Program-made: the position numbers and the translations under genes | DNA from: a virus | Taxonomy: Duplodnaviria; Caudoviricetes | Length of the DNA stretch: 64,000 nt | IMG/VR virus record: IMGVR_UViG_3300049578_000049 | Coordinates: 5,443-69,442 of that record | Strand: one strand, 5' to 3' | Notes under the pieces: model-generated | Database searches by the model: none | What the model saw: only the letters and a program-made list of their open reading frames with translations | Told to the model about the DNA's origin: nothing | Part shown: positions 25,274-35,247 of the stretch, in pieces | How the letters are laid out: each line of letters starts with the position of its first letter | Position numbering within the stretch: position 1 is the stretch's first letter

Positions 25274-25657
25274 TCATCTGCGCGGACCGAGTTCGGGCGG
25301 GACCTGGTCGAAATGCTCGAGCCAGTCCTCCATCGTCACGCCGGGCATGCGCGCGTACTGGATCATCTCGATCTCGCGCCGGGCGTGCTGGAGCGATCGC
25401 TCGTTGGCGGCATCCAGCTGGATGCTCAGGTCGGCGACCTGACCCTTGACCACGGTCAGTTCGCTGCGAGTCTGGGACAGCTCGGTCTTCGTCTCGGCCA
25501 GCTCATGCCGCAGGTCGCGGATCCTGGTCAGGTCGGTGTTCTGCATCTGGACGGAGGTCGCCTTGCGCGAATTGCGGCTGACCAGGATCACCGACAGCAG
25601 CGAGACCGCTAAGGCGGCCAGGGTGATCGCGTCACGGAGTTCGATTGTCACGCCCAT
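25274..25657 (-). CDS. Membrane-anchored coiled-coil protein (lysis cassette)
   Basis: N-terminal TM segment plus heptads; start re-picked. Confidence 0.65.
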   Translation of the reverse strand: MGVTIELRDAITLAALAVSLLSVILVSRNSRKATSVQMQNTDLTRIRDLRHELAETKTELSQTRSELTVVKGQVADLSIQLDAANERSLQHARREIEMIQYARMPGVTMEDWLEHFDQVPPELGPRR

Positions 25658-26048
25658 GATCCTCGCTGATCTTCGGCGGCTCTGGCCATCCTGCGATCCG
25701 CCAGGCCACGAAGGCGAAGGCGAACCAGATGACGGTCGAACTCGGCGGCACGTCGCTGAGGAAGTTGCCCGCCAGCGATCCCAGCCCCCAGAAGACCTTG
25801 ATCGTGCATGCGGCCTGGAAGCCGATCGTGTCGTCCTGGCGGAACGCCGCGACGGCGCACACGACGGCGACCGAGACCCACGCGAAACCCCACAGCCACA
25901 GCGGGACAACGGCGTCGAACCAGCGGTAGATGGCCGTCGCGTCCGGATCAGAGGTCCACAGAGTGATCGCGTACACCACATCGACCACCGCGAGGGCGAG
26001 CAGGATGGACGCCCGGTGGCCGACGTGCCGGTCCAAGACGGACCTCAC
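25632..26048 (-). CDS. Multi-pass membrane protein (holin-like)
   Basis: About 4 TM segments; directly downstream of the endolysin. Confidence 0.65.
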   Translation of the reverse strand: MRSVLDRHVGHRASILLALAVVDVVYAITLWTSDPDATAIYRWFDAVVPLWLWGFAWVSVAVVCAVAAFRQDDTIGFQAACTIKVFWGLGSLAGNFLSDVPPSSTVIWFAFAFVAWRIAGWPEPPKISEDHGRDNRTP

Positions 26049-27619
26049 GCCGCCATCCGCGCGGCGATGGCCGCGGTACGCGCGCCGAACAGCGTCTTGA
26101 GCGCGTCGGCGATCTGCTGGTCCGTTCCGCCGGCCAGCGCGTCGAGCACCTCGGACGGAACGCCTGCGATGGCCGCGGTGAGTCGCTGCTCCGCCGCTTC
26201 AATGCTGGCCCGAATCGCAGCCAGATCGGCGTCGTCACCGACCTCGTTCTTCAGGATGGCATCGGCGGTCGCCTGCAGCTTGGCCAGCGCCACGCCGAGA
26301 TCCCGGATGACCGCCCACGCAAAATCGCGCGGCGCCCCGGCGCGCAGTCCGTTCGGGATGCCCTGATCGAGCGCGAGCCGGCCGATGATCGATGTCGGCG
26401 TTCCGTCGGACTGCTTTGCCGATGCGTAGTAGGTCTTGATCTGCGCGACGACCTCGGTGCCGATTTCCTTCGCGGTCGGCATGTCGTCCTCCTCCACTGC
26501 CGCGAGCAGGCCCCACGGCGTCGTGATGTTCTCGGGGTTGGCCGTGCCCGATCCCGATCCGTACTTGAAGCTGAAGTGCGCGTGCTTGTCGTGCGGGTTC
26601 TCACCGGCGTAGACATGCTGAACCCAGCCGTCGGACTCCGACCAGATCCGCTTGTTGAAGATGATGTAGCGCAGCCGCTTCTCGGCTCCGGACCGGCAGC
26701 GGGCGAGGATCACCTGCACGAACCGCTCCATCGTCCAGCCGGTCGGCCACGGCCCGGCCGCGGTCACGTCGCGCGCGTGCACCTCGTTGATGTGGTCCGG
26801 GTCCGACGCCGAGCCGGTGTTGCCGGTCTCGTCGGGGTTGTGGTCACTGACCGACTGTTGATGCGCCAGGTCGCCGACGGTGCCGTCCGATGCCTTGCTC
26901 CGTTTCGGCCCGACGGCGTTGAACTCGGCGAGCAGGCTCTCCGACGCCGGGGTGTTCTGCCAGGCCACGGGTACCTCCCCGGTCAGGGTGCGCCAGACCG
27001 CGAGGTCGCGGATGGCGCTCTTGCTCACGTTGATCGTGCCACGGGTGCCGTCCGGGAAGGTGAGCGGCTGGACGGCGAACTGCATGATCGCCAGGTTGCG
27101 CCACCCCCCGTATCCCGCCTCCCAGGACAGGGAGTTGTCGCCCGGGTAGGCGCCGAGGTAGCCGACGTTAGGCGCGGCCCAGAGATACGGCGCAGCCTCC
27201 GACACGTCCCAGCCGCGCGGCCGCCACCACCAGTCGCCGGTGTAGAGGACAGGCCGTCGACCGAGCAGCTTGGTGATCCGCTCCAGATAGGCGATCACCT
27301 CGGCGACCGGTGGCACCGGGTCGCACTCCACGTCCAGCTGATGCGCGGTCCCGGCGGCGAGACCCAGCTCAGCGATCCGTTCGTACGCGTAGTCCGCCTG
27401 CTGAACGCCGCCGGCGTCGGCCGTGAAGTAGTGGAAGGTGCAGATCCCCAGCTTCGCAGCTCGCGCCCGGTCGACCCATCCGGCCACGTCCGGGTGCACG
27501 CTCTTGCGTGACAATCCGTGGCTGATCTTCAGGTTGACCGCGCCGAAGCCCGCCCGGACCACATCGGCGGTCGCGAGCGGGCCCTGATAGCTGGCCACGT
27601 CCAGCAGGAAGAGGGTCAC
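26045..27619 (-). CDS. Endolysin: GH25 muramidase plus an M15-like Zn-peptidase-type domain
   Basis: DVASYQG / LKISHG / FHYF / LDVE (GH25); GDLAH...SDHNP...ARDV...YIIF...PHDKHAHFS (second domain). Confidence 0.88.
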   Translation of the reverse strand: MTLFLLDVASYQGPLATADVVRAGFGAVNLKISHGLSRKSVHPDVAGWVDRARAAKLGICTFHYFTADAGGVQQADYAYERIAELGLAAGTAHQLDVECDPVPPVAEVIAYLERITKLLGRRPVLYTGDWWWRPRGWDVSEAAPYLWAAPNVGYLGAYPGDNSLSWEAGYGGWRNLAIMQFAVQPLTFPDGTRGTINVSKSAIRDLAVWRTLTGEVPVAWQNTPASESLLAEFNAVGPKRSKASDGTVGDLAHQQSVSDHNPDETGNTGSASDPDHINEVHARDVTAAGPWPTGWTMERFVQVILARCRSGAEKRLRYIIFNKRIWSESDGWVQHVYAGENPHDKHAHFSFKYGSGSGTANPENITTPWGLLAAVEEDDMPTAKEIGTEVVAQIKTYYASAKQSDGTPTSIIGRLALDQGIPNGLRAGAPRDFAWAVIRDLGVALAKLQATADAILKNEVGDDADLAAIRASIEAAEQRLTAAIAGVPSEVLDALAGGTDQQIADALKTLFGARTAAIAARMAA

Positions 27620-28515
27620 GAGCAGAGCACTCCCCGGGCTGCTTCGGGCTCGTTGGTGATCAGGCCGTCCACGCCGGCGTCGCGGACCCGGCGCCAGGTG
27701 GATTCAACGTCGATCTCCGCCGTGTCGGAGCTCCAGGTGTAGACCTTGAGCGGGTTGCCGTCCGGCGCCCGGAACGACTTCCAGTACGCGACCGCCGCCG
27801 GCTCGACGGCGGGGGCGGGGATCACGTAGCCGTAGGCGCCGAGCGAGCGCAGCCACGGGCCGCTGCGGATGCTGTCACCGGACGGGTACTCGATCACCAT
27901 GTAACGCAACGCCGGTTCCCACCCGCGCATCTGCCGTACGGCGTCGGGCGGACCCATCACCAGTGTCCGGCCGGTCCACCCGAAATAATCGTTGACGTAG
28001 ATCCTCAGCTTCTCCATGCCCAGGTCGGTCGGTGTGCCGCTGATGTCCATCAGCAGGTCGAGATCCTTGTCCCGGGCCGCGGCCATGAAGTCGTACCCGT
28101 ACGGCACGTACGGGGTCCGCGCGCCGGTGAACTCCGGCAGGCTGTCCCAGCGCGGCATGCCCGGTCGCGGGGAGAAATCGTTGGCCCGCAGCGCCATCAG
28201 CTGCCCGAGCCCGAGGGACGAGGCCGCCCCGGTGCCGTTGGTGGTCCGGTCGACGGTCCGGTCGTGCATGAGCACCGGGAAAGAGGACGACGACCACTGG
28301 ATGTCCAGCTCGGTCACGCCGATTCCGGCAGGCACCGACCGGATGCCCGCCACGGTGTTCTCCGGCGCCGCGAGCATGTTGGTCCGGTGCGCCACGATGA
28401 TCGGGCACGCGTCGCGCTCGGCGGCCCGGGCCGGAGCCGGCGCGCTGAGCAGTGCGGCCGTCGTCATCGCGGCCGCGGTCTTGCGAAGGATGTTCATGTG
28501 CTGACGGTAGGGCAT
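27616..28515 (-). CDS. Glycerophosphodiester phosphodiesterase with a signal-peptide-like N-terminus
   Basis: IVAHR...PENT...ELDI...MHDRTVDRTTNGTG...GLITNEP. Confidence 0.9.
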   Translation of the reverse strand: MPYRQHMNILRKTAAAMTTAALLSAPAPARAAERDACPIIVAHRTNMLAAPENTVAGIRSVPAGIGVTELDIQWSSSSFPVLMHDRTVDRTTNGTGAASSLGLGQLMALRANDFSPRPGMPRWDSLPEFTGARTPYVPYGYDFMAAARDKDLDLLMDISGTPTDLGMEKLRIYVNDYFGWTGRTLVMGPPDAVRQMRGWEPALRYMVIEYPSGDSIRSGPWLRSLGAYGYVIPAPAVEPAAVAYWKSFRAPDGNPLKVYTWSSDTAEIDVESTWRRVRDAGVDGLITNEPEAARGVLCS

Positions 28516-28799
28516 CAGCCCACCACGACATAGGGCCCGAGGTCGCCGGAGGCGAACGGGGAGCACGTGAAGTCGTTCGGCGATCCGACCGGCAGCCAGT
28601 CCCCGGTGTGCCATGTCATCGTGCTGTTCTGGATGCCGGTGTTCCAGGTGAAGTGCGCCTCGCCGCCGGATTCCCCGGTGAGGACCATCTGGTAGAAGGA
28701 GACCTTGTCCGGATCCATCGCGTCCAGGATCTCCTGAGCGTTGGTCCCGTCGTACTGGATGGCATCGAAGGCTTTCACCAGGCGGACGCGGGTCGACAT
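28515..28799 (-). CDS. Hypothetical tail-region protein
   Basis: GGAGG RBS; AIQYDGTNAQEI motif. Confidence 0.6.
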   Translation of the reverse strand: MSTRVRLVKAFDAIQYDGTNAQEILDAMDPDKVSFYQMVLTGESGGEAHFTWNTGIQNSTMTWHTGDWLPVGSPNDFTCSPFASGDLGPYVVVG

Positions 28800-28812
28800 G
28801 AATCCTCCTCGG

Positions 28813-29421
28813 TCAGACGGACTCGTACGTGATGTTCCAGTGCACGGTGTCACCGCTGGTGACGACGCCGATGAAGCTATTGGCACGATCGACCGGGCCG
28901 ACCCGGTTATACGGGGCGCTGATCGGCGGGACGTGGGCCTCACCGGTGCAGTTGGCGTAGTTCGAGTTGCCGAGGGTGCCGTGCATGCCGATCACCTGCA
29001 TGCTGAAGCTGCGGTACGGGACGTTGAACGGCAACAAGAGGCCGAAACCGTTCGCCCCGCTCACCGTCGTGTTGATCGTCGCGTGGCCGATGTAGTGCAC
29101 CTTGGTATTGATCTTCTGGTACTTCGCGTACGAGACGCTCACCGAGCCCGTGGAGATCTGCGTGCCGCTGGTGATGTTGGAGTAGAACCGCACCGAGGCC
29201 GACCAGTCCACGTAGTCCGGGCTGATCGGGCAGTACCACGTGCTGCCGTCCCAGACCCGGATCAGCTTCGTGTCGGTCTCGTAGATCGGCTGGCCGGTCG
29301 TCGGCGACGCGGGCCGGGTGCCCGACGTGCACGTCACCGTCGCCTGCTGCATCAAGTACCCGTTGATCAGGGCATCGGTGAGCACCTCGCCGTTGGTGAA
29401 CGTCCTGATACCGGAACCCAT
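28813..29421 (-). CDS. Minor tail/fibre protein
   Basis: FTNGEVLT..LIN.YL N-terminus, RPASP..GQ.IYETDT...WDGS.W. Confidence 0.75.
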   Translation of the reverse strand: MGSGIRTFTNGEVLTDALINGYLMQQATVTCTSGTRPASPTTGQPIYETDTKLIRVWDGSTWYCPISPDYVDWSASVRFYSNITSGTQISTGSVSVSYAKYQKINTKVHYIGHATINTTVSGANGFGLLLPFNVPYRSFSMQVIGMHGTLGNSNYANCTGEAHVPPISAPYNRVGPVDRANSFIGVVTSGDTVHWNITYESV

Positions 29422-29436
29422 TGACTCTCTCCTCCA

Positions 29437-30720
29437 CTACCAGGCGATGACGTTCTGGCCCACGACGCCCTGTGTCGCCGAGCCGACGACGAAGAACGGG
29501 ACCGAGGCGGCGGGCGCCAGCGTCCACGTGGTGCGCCAGAACTTGCTCCCGGCGGACCACTCGTGCGCGATGCCCTGGATGAGCAGGTGCCGGGAGTCCA
29601 CGATCGAGCCGTACGGCTGAGCCGGCGGCCGGCGGACGACGGTGACCCGGTCGCCGAACCGGCGCCCGAGCATGTGCGGCATGACCGAGATGCCGAGCCC
29701 CTCGATCGCCTGCGAGACGGTGATCGCGGTCATCCGGTACTCGGGCTTGCGGTCCTGCGCCAGCACGTAGTTCGCCCAGGACAACGCGTCGGCATCGTTG
29801 GGCAGCTGCAGACTGGACTCGGGCAAGGTGTAGGTGCCGTACCGCGTCTTGGCGACGGCGTCCTCGGCCACCTGCATGTTGGTGCCGCCGTCGATCGTCG
29901 CCTCCACGCGCGTGTGCAGTGCCAGCTTGTCCCACGCGCTCTCCGGCCGGCCGACGTACGGGATCTCACCGCCGGCCCGGTCGCTGCCGAAGACGGCCTG
30001 ACTCGTGTTTGACCGCGCGTCCGTGGTCATGGCCTGCCGTCCGCGCAGGTACATGTAGCCGTCCGGCTGCTGATAGAACTCGCCGACCTCCGCCTTCACC
30101 GCGTCCTGGATCAGCTGCAACCCCGCCGCGCCGTACGAGGTCTGCTGCAGCGTGCTGCTCGTCGCGCCGATGGAGCGCAGATCGGCGGGCCAGTTGAGCG
30201 CGTCGAGCAGCAGGTTGACCCGGGTGCTGACGAGGTGGCCCGGGCCGATCGGCGATGCCAGCTCGGCGAGGTTCTGGTTCAGCAGGCTGAAACCGTCGGT
30301 CGCGGTGACGTTGATCTGCCCGAGCGTCGGGGCCCGCGCCTCGGGGACGTACGAGTCCACGAAGCCGTAGAACACCGGCCAGGTCTGTCCGGCGGCCACT
30401 TTCCGGACCCGCATCAGCACGCCCGGCATGGTGAAGCCCGCCTGCTCGAGCGTGTACGGATCCCACTCGCCGGTCGGGTCGATGAACGACAGCGAGCAGG
30501 TCCGCGAGCCGTAGGTGACCAGCGGACCGCCCACCCGGTCTCCCTGGTGCGAGACGCTCAGCGACTGCATGTAGTTCGGGTCGACCTGCGTGAAAACCGG
30601 CGACGACGACGACCCGACGAGGTTGGTCCCGATCAGACCCTGCGTCGCCGAGCCGACGATGAATACGTTCGCCGGCACGCTCGCGCCGTACGCGATGCCG
30701 AAGTCCACGAGCAGCGTCAC
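29437..30720 (-). CDS. Minor tail (hub/baseplate) protein
   Basis: Directly after the tape measure; E.GEFY...G...LRGR pattern. Confidence 0.75.
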   Translation of the reverse strand: MTLLVDFGIAYGASVPANVFIVGSATQGLIGTNLVGSSSSPVFTQVDPNYMQSLSVSHQGDRVGGPLVTYGSRTCSLSFIDPTGEWDPYTLEQAGFTMPGVLMRVRKVAAGQTWPVFYGFVDSYVPEARAPTLGQINVTATDGFSLLNQNLAELASPIGPGHLVSTRVNLLLDALNWPADLRSIGATSSTLQQTSYGAAGLQLIQDAVKAEVGEFYQQPDGYMYLRGRQAMTTDARSNTSQAVFGSDRAGGEIPYVGRPESAWDKLALHTRVEATIDGGTNMQVAEDAVAKTRYGTYTLPESSLQLPNDADALSWANYVLAQDRKPEYRMTAITVSQAIEGLGISVMPHMLGRRFGDRVTVVRRPPAQPYGSIVDSRHLLIQGIAHEWSAGSKFWRTTWTLAPAASVPFFVVGSATQGVVGQNVIAW

Positions 30721-33700
30721 GGCCGTCGCCGCCAGTCGCTGCCGTTGGACGCTTCGAATGCCTGAATCGCGGCGACGGTCGCCCGGCCCACCTCGGCCGG
30801 GTGCCCGCCGGGGGCGATGTTGTTGGTGATGTAGTAGTTGCGGGTGCCAGCGGTCCGTCCGTTCGGGTCCACGTACTCGGTCCGGCCGGAGAGGTTGGCG
30901 CCGAGCGTCCCGGACGGCCAGTACCCGCCGGAGTCGAACAGGCGGATCGGCTGGTCGAACAGCCCGCCGTCGCGGAACCGCGCGGCGCCCTTGTTGGCGA
31001 ACTCGGTGATGCGCCGCGCCCGCGGCCCGATGACCACGCCGCGAGAGCCGGTCGACTCGAACGGCAGCGCGCCGATCTGACCGGCCATGTGCCCCACCGA
31101 CGCCGAGGCCGGCCGCTGTCCCGGGTGTGACCAGCCGGCCATCAGCGGCCCCGTCTTCCCCGGCCGGAACCAGGGACCGGGAAGGCTGCCGGTGGAGAAG
31201 GTGTGTGAGTACGGGCGCTTGCCGGCCATCATGTTGTAGACCGCGGACACGATGCCGGAGCAGTCGTAGCCGTCCGGTCCGGCGTCCGCCCAGATGTACG
31301 GCTTGCCGGCCTGGCTGCGCACGAAGGCCATCGCCTTGCCGACGTTCCCGCCGCCCTCACCGTTGCCGATCCCGGTCAGCCAGGAGACCGCCCCGTTGAG
31401 CAGGCGCTTGCCCGCGCCGATCAGGAAGTCCCGGATCTTCCCGCCGCCGGGAATCTTATTGATCAGGGCGTCGAACGGCTTCTTCATCGTCTCGACGGGG
31501 TTGGTGATCGCGCCCCACACGTCCTTGGCGAATCCGATCAGGCCGCCGTCGCGGAACGCCCATCCCTCGGATCCGTCGCCCGGCTCCCGGGCCGGCGTCT
31601 TGCCGAGCATCCGGGTCAGCATGGCCGCGCCGCCCTGCATGCCGGCGTTGACCCACCGCAGCAGCGGCAGGGCCTTGGCGGTCATCTCGGGGTTGACCAC
31701 GAACTCACCGCCGCGCAGCTGCACCGCGCCGAAGCCGGGGATCCACGCCTGCCGGTTGTCGGTGAACGATCCACCGCCGCTGATCTTCCCGCCGGAGCGC
31801 AGTCCCACCTGGCCGCCGTCGCGGAAGCCGGGTATCTCGCTCACCCGGTCCTTCACGCCGACCACCGCGGCGGCCGTGTTCAGTCCACGGATGAACGGGT
31901 TGATCACGCGGTTGACGACGAATTCGACCGGCTTCTTCGCCACCTCCTTGACCTTGTCCCACGCCTTGCCGATCAGATCCACACCGGTCTGGAAGCCCTT
32001 GACGACGACGTTCTTGATGAAGTCGGTGAAGCGCTGGAAGACGGGTTTGATGTTGTTGTTGTAGACCGACGAGAACGCTCCGGCCAGCCGCTCCCACGCC
32101 CCCCTGACGGCGGCGAGCACGGGGGAGACGTTGTTGCGCCACCACGTGCTGATCGTGCCGGCGATGGCCGAGAAGATGCGTGCGAAGAACGCTCGGACGG
32201 TCTCCAGGGCGGTCGCGAGCGGGCCGAGCACGTAGGTGCGGAACAGGCCGAACAGCCGTTGCATATCGGCCCACCATCGCTGCACGACCAGCCGCACGAA
32301 GGTGAAGACCGCGTCCCAGACGTCGCGCAGCCAGGAGATCGCCTTGCCGACCTGGTTGACGATGATGTTGGCGACGAACTTGAAAATGACCTGCACCGCG
32401 AGCCACCAGATCTCGATGATCTTCCTGATCCCCGCGAACACCGGCCCGAAGATGTTCTGCCAGAGCCACATCGCGATCCCCGCGAGGAAGCGGAACACCG
32501 CGACCAGCGCGGTGATGTAGCCGCGCACGATGGCCACCACGACTTCGACGGCCGCCTTGATGCCGTTCCAGGCGGGCAGGATCGCGTTGCGCCACAGCCA
32601 CATCGCGGCGGCCGCCACCGCGTCCCACGCTGCCTTGATCGCGGGCCACGCGGTGTGCACGATCCAGTCGACGGTCGCGGAGATGGCGGTCTTGATCGCC
32701 CCCCATACCGCCTGCACGATCTTCCGGAAGGTCTCGTTGTGCCGGTAGAGCAACACCAACCCGCCGATCAGCGCGGTGATGGCGATGATGATCAGACCGA
32801 TCGGGTTGGCGAACAGCGACGCGTTCAGCAAGGTCTGCGCGGCGGCCCACGCCTGCGTCGCCCGGGTCACGATGGACACGCCCTTGACGAACTGGATCAG
32901 CCCGCCGGCCGCCTGGACGGCGAGCATGGCCGAGTTGATTTTGATCGCCAGGGTGACCGCGCCGATCGCCACCGCCCAGTCCCGGATCACGCCGATGTTG
33001 TCCTGGATGAATCCGGCGAACGCACCGATCTTGTCGAAGATCCCGGGGAGCGCGTCGGCTATCCCGTTCAGCGCGGTGGTGAGCGGCCCCTTGACCACGT
33101 TGTAGACGCTGATCGCCGCGTTCTCCAACTGGCTCTTGACGTTGTCGATGGCACCGCGCAGACCCGCGTTCTTGGCCGCCGCGAAGTCCGCCGCCGCGCC
33201 CTGCTTGACGATCGCCTCGCGCATCTGGTCGTAGACCGGCAGTCCGCCCTTGAGTAGGGCGAGCACCGAGCGAGTCGCGTCGGCACCGAAGATCTGCGTG
33301 ATGACGAAGTTCTTCTCCTCCTGCGTCATCCCGGCCGTGCCCTTGGCGACCTGATCGAGGATGTCGCGCAGCGAGCGCATCTTGCCCGAGGCGTCGTAGG
33401 CGATGTTGCCGACCTTGTCCATCTCGGGGTTCAACTTGCTCAGCTGTCCCCACGCCTCGCGCTGTTCCTTGGCGGTGCCGTTCATGATGGCCGCCTGATC
33501 CTTTAGCGGCACGTTCGCCTCGGCGGCGTTCAGCGCGAGCAGCTTCATCAGCCCCGATGCCTTGTCCGACGGCCCGGTCAGCTGGAGCAGCATCTGCTTG
33601 AGGCTGGTGCCGGCATCGGATCCCTTGATGCCGTTGTTGCCCAGGACCGCGATCGCCGTGTTGAGCTCGGTGATCGCCTCCTCGCTGCCGACCGCCGGGC

Positions 33701-34469
33701 CGAGCAGTCCGGAGAAGGCTGCCGCCGCCTGCTTGAAGGAGTGCGACGCCTCGGTCACCTCGATGGACGACGAGTTCGCCGCGGCGGCGAGCTGGTCGAC
33801 TACCTTGCCGGTGTCCTTCGCCTCGATGCCGAACGCGTTGACCGCGTTGGCCGCGATCTCCGCCGCTTCGGCCTCACTGATGTTGGCGATCCGGGCCAAC
33901 TGCAAGGTCGCGCGCGCGGCGTCCATCGAATCCTGGACGCTGAAGCCCGCCTTGGCCAGCTCGGTCATAGCGGCCGCCGCGCCGGCCGCGGACACACCGG
34001 GCAGCTGGACGTCCGCGCCGAGCTGGCGCGCCTTGTCGGCGACCGTCGACATCTCCGCCGCCGTCGCCTTGCTGACCGACTTGAAGATGTTGAGGTTGTC
34101 CTCGTACGCCATGCCGATCTGGCCGATCTCGGCGACGGCGGCGCCTAGGCCGAGCGGCACGAAGACTCCCGCCGCCATCTTGAGGTTGTTCTTGAGCGAA
34201 TCCATGATCCGCGACGAGCCCTTGCCGAACCCGTCCGCGAAGCTGCCGCCGGCGGCGGTGCCACCTTCGAGCATCCGCTTCTGCGCGTCCGTGGCGAACC
34301 GGCCGTTCGCCTGCCGCAGCTTGCCGTTGGCGTCCCGGTAGAAGCCATCACCGAACGCCTTACCGGCTGCCGCCCCGGCCTTGTCGCCCATCTCCTTGCC
34401 GGTCGCCGTGAACTCGCCCTTGTTCGGGTCGGGCCGCAGACGAACGAAGGCGGAGGCGAGAGCCACCAT
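30717..34469 (-). CDS. Tape measure protein with a C-terminal NlpC/P60-like domain
   Basis: 1250 aa, TP901-like TMP core, Trp-periodic repeats, GKPYIWADAGPDGYDCSGIV. Confidence 0.95.
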   Translation of the reverse strand: MVALASAFVRLRPDPNKGEFTATGKEMGDKAGAAAGKAFGDGFYRDANGKLRQANGRFATDAQKRMLEGGTAAGGSFADGFGKGSSRIMDSLKNNLKMAAGVFVPLGLGAAVAEIGQIGMAYEDNLNIFKSVSKATAAEMSTVADKARQLGADVQLPGVSAAGAAAAMTELAKAGFSVQDSMDAARATLQLARIANISEAEAAEIAANAVNAFGIEAKDTGKVVDQLAAAANSSSIEVTEASHSFKQAAAAFSGLLGPAVGSEEAITELNTAIAVLGNNGIKGSDAGTSLKQMLLQLTGPSDKASGLMKLLALNAAEANVPLKDQAAIMNGTAKEQREAWGQLSKLNPEMDKVGNIAYDASGKMRSLRDILDQVAKGTAGMTQEEKNFVITQIFGADATRSVLALLKGGLPVYDQMREAIVKQGAAADFAAAKNAGLRGAIDNVKSQLENAAISVYNVVKGPLTTALNGIADALPGIFDKIGAFAGFIQDNIGVIRDWAVAIGAVTLAIKINSAMLAVQAAGGLIQFVKGVSIVTRATQAWAAAQTLLNASLFANPIGLIIIAITALIGGLVLLYRHNETFRKIVQAVWGAIKTAISATVDWIVHTAWPAIKAAWDAVAAAAMWLWRNAILPAWNGIKAAVEVVVAIVRGYITALVAVFRFLAGIAMWLWQNIFGPVFAGIRKIIEIWWLAVQVIFKFVANIIVNQVGKAISWLRDVWDAVFTFVRLVVQRWWADMQRLFGLFRTYVLGPLATALETVRAFFARIFSAIAGTISTWWRNNVSPVLAAVRGAWERLAGAFSSVYNNNIKPVFQRFTDFIKNVVVKGFQTGVDLIGKAWDKVKEVAKKPVEFVVNRVINPFIRGLNTAAAVVGVKDRVSEIPGFRDGGQVGLRSGGKISGGGSFTDNRQAWIPGFGAVQLRGGEFVVNPEMTAKALPLLRWVNAGMQGGAAMLTRMLGKTPAREPGDGSEGWAFRDGGLIGFAKDVWGAITNPVETMKKPFDALINKIPGGGKIRDFLIGAGKRLLNGAVSWLTGIGNGEGGGNVGKAMAFVRSQAGKPYIWADAGPDGYDCSGIVSAVYNMMAGKRPYSHTFSTGSLPGPWFRPGKTGPLMAGWSHPGQRPASASVGHMAGQIGALPFESTGSRGVVIGPRARRITEFANKGAARFRDGGLFDQPIRLFDSGGYWPSGTLGANLSGRTEYVDPNGRTAGTRNYYITNNIAPGGHPAEVGRATVAAIQAFEASNGSDWRRRP

Positions 34470-34636
34470 CAGCTCTCACCTCCGTCCGCGGCACGCTGGT
34501 CCCAGAGCGCCTTATTCGCCGCCTGGTTCGCGGCATCGAAGCCGTACAGCTTGTCGTCGAAATCCCGCCTCTGCTTGGCGTCCATGTGCTCGGTGGCCAT
34601 GGCGTAGACCACGTTGAGCACGACCCGGATGGGCAT
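34469..34636 (-). CDS. Tail assembly chaperone T-portion (probably translated as a -1 frameshift fusion)
   Basis: Hand translation MPIRVVLNVVYAM...GGES*. This frame stays open upstream to about 34820. Confidence 0.6.
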   Translation of the reverse strand: MPIRVVLNVVYAMATEHMDAKQRRDFDDKLYGFDAANQAANKALWDQRAADGGES

Positions 34637-34641
34637 CTCGT

Positions 34642-35247
34642 CTAGCGGCCCAGTGCGGACACCGGCACGAGACCATCCGGCATCGGGCGCGTGGCCGGCG
34701 AGGACGAGACGGGCTTCGACGTCTCCGAGATTGGCCGCGAGGATCCTGAGGAGACCGATCGCGGCTTGCGAGGGCGGGCAGACATGATCTCCATCGCCTT
34801 GTTGACGAAGCCCATGACGTCCTCACCCTCGGCCAGCTCGTCCTCGGCGACCTGCTGGAATCTCTCCCACTCAGACTCGTCGCGCAGGATCTTGCCGTTG
34901 GCGTCGCGCAGCCGGTTGCCCTCGTCGTCCACCAGGGCGGGGCGATGGATGACCGAGCGGATCAGCTTGTACATCGCCGCCAGGCCCTCCATGTCATCGG
35001 AGTCGAGGCCCTGGTTGCTGGCGAACCCGAAGTGAATCATCGGCATGAGGCCGACACGGTCGGCGAGCCGGAACTTCTCGCCGAAGAAGTCCAGGTAGTC
35101 CCCGTCCGTGAGCACCACGCCTTCGGCCGCGGCCTGCGCGGTGTGCGTGGTGAACTCCGGGGTTTCCCCGACCTGTCGCGCGATCGGCGGCTCGTAGCTG
35201 GGCGCCTCCTGACGGGCCGCGCCCGGGCCCTGCAGGAGATCAGCCAC
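34642..35247 (-). CDS. Tail assembly chaperone (G-like)
   Basis: Between major tail and TMP; Ser/Pro-rich C-terminus after ARP. Confidence 0.8.
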   Translation of the reverse strand: MADLLQGPGAARQEAPSYEPPIARQVGETPEFTTHTAQAAAEGVVLTDGDYLDFFGEKFRLADRVGLMPMIHFGFASNQGLDSDDMEGLAAMYKLIRSVIHRPALVDDEGNRLRDANGKILRDESEWERFQQVAEDELAEGEDVMGFVNKAMEIMSARPRKPRSVSSGSSRPISETSKPVSSSPATRPMPDGLVPVSALGR

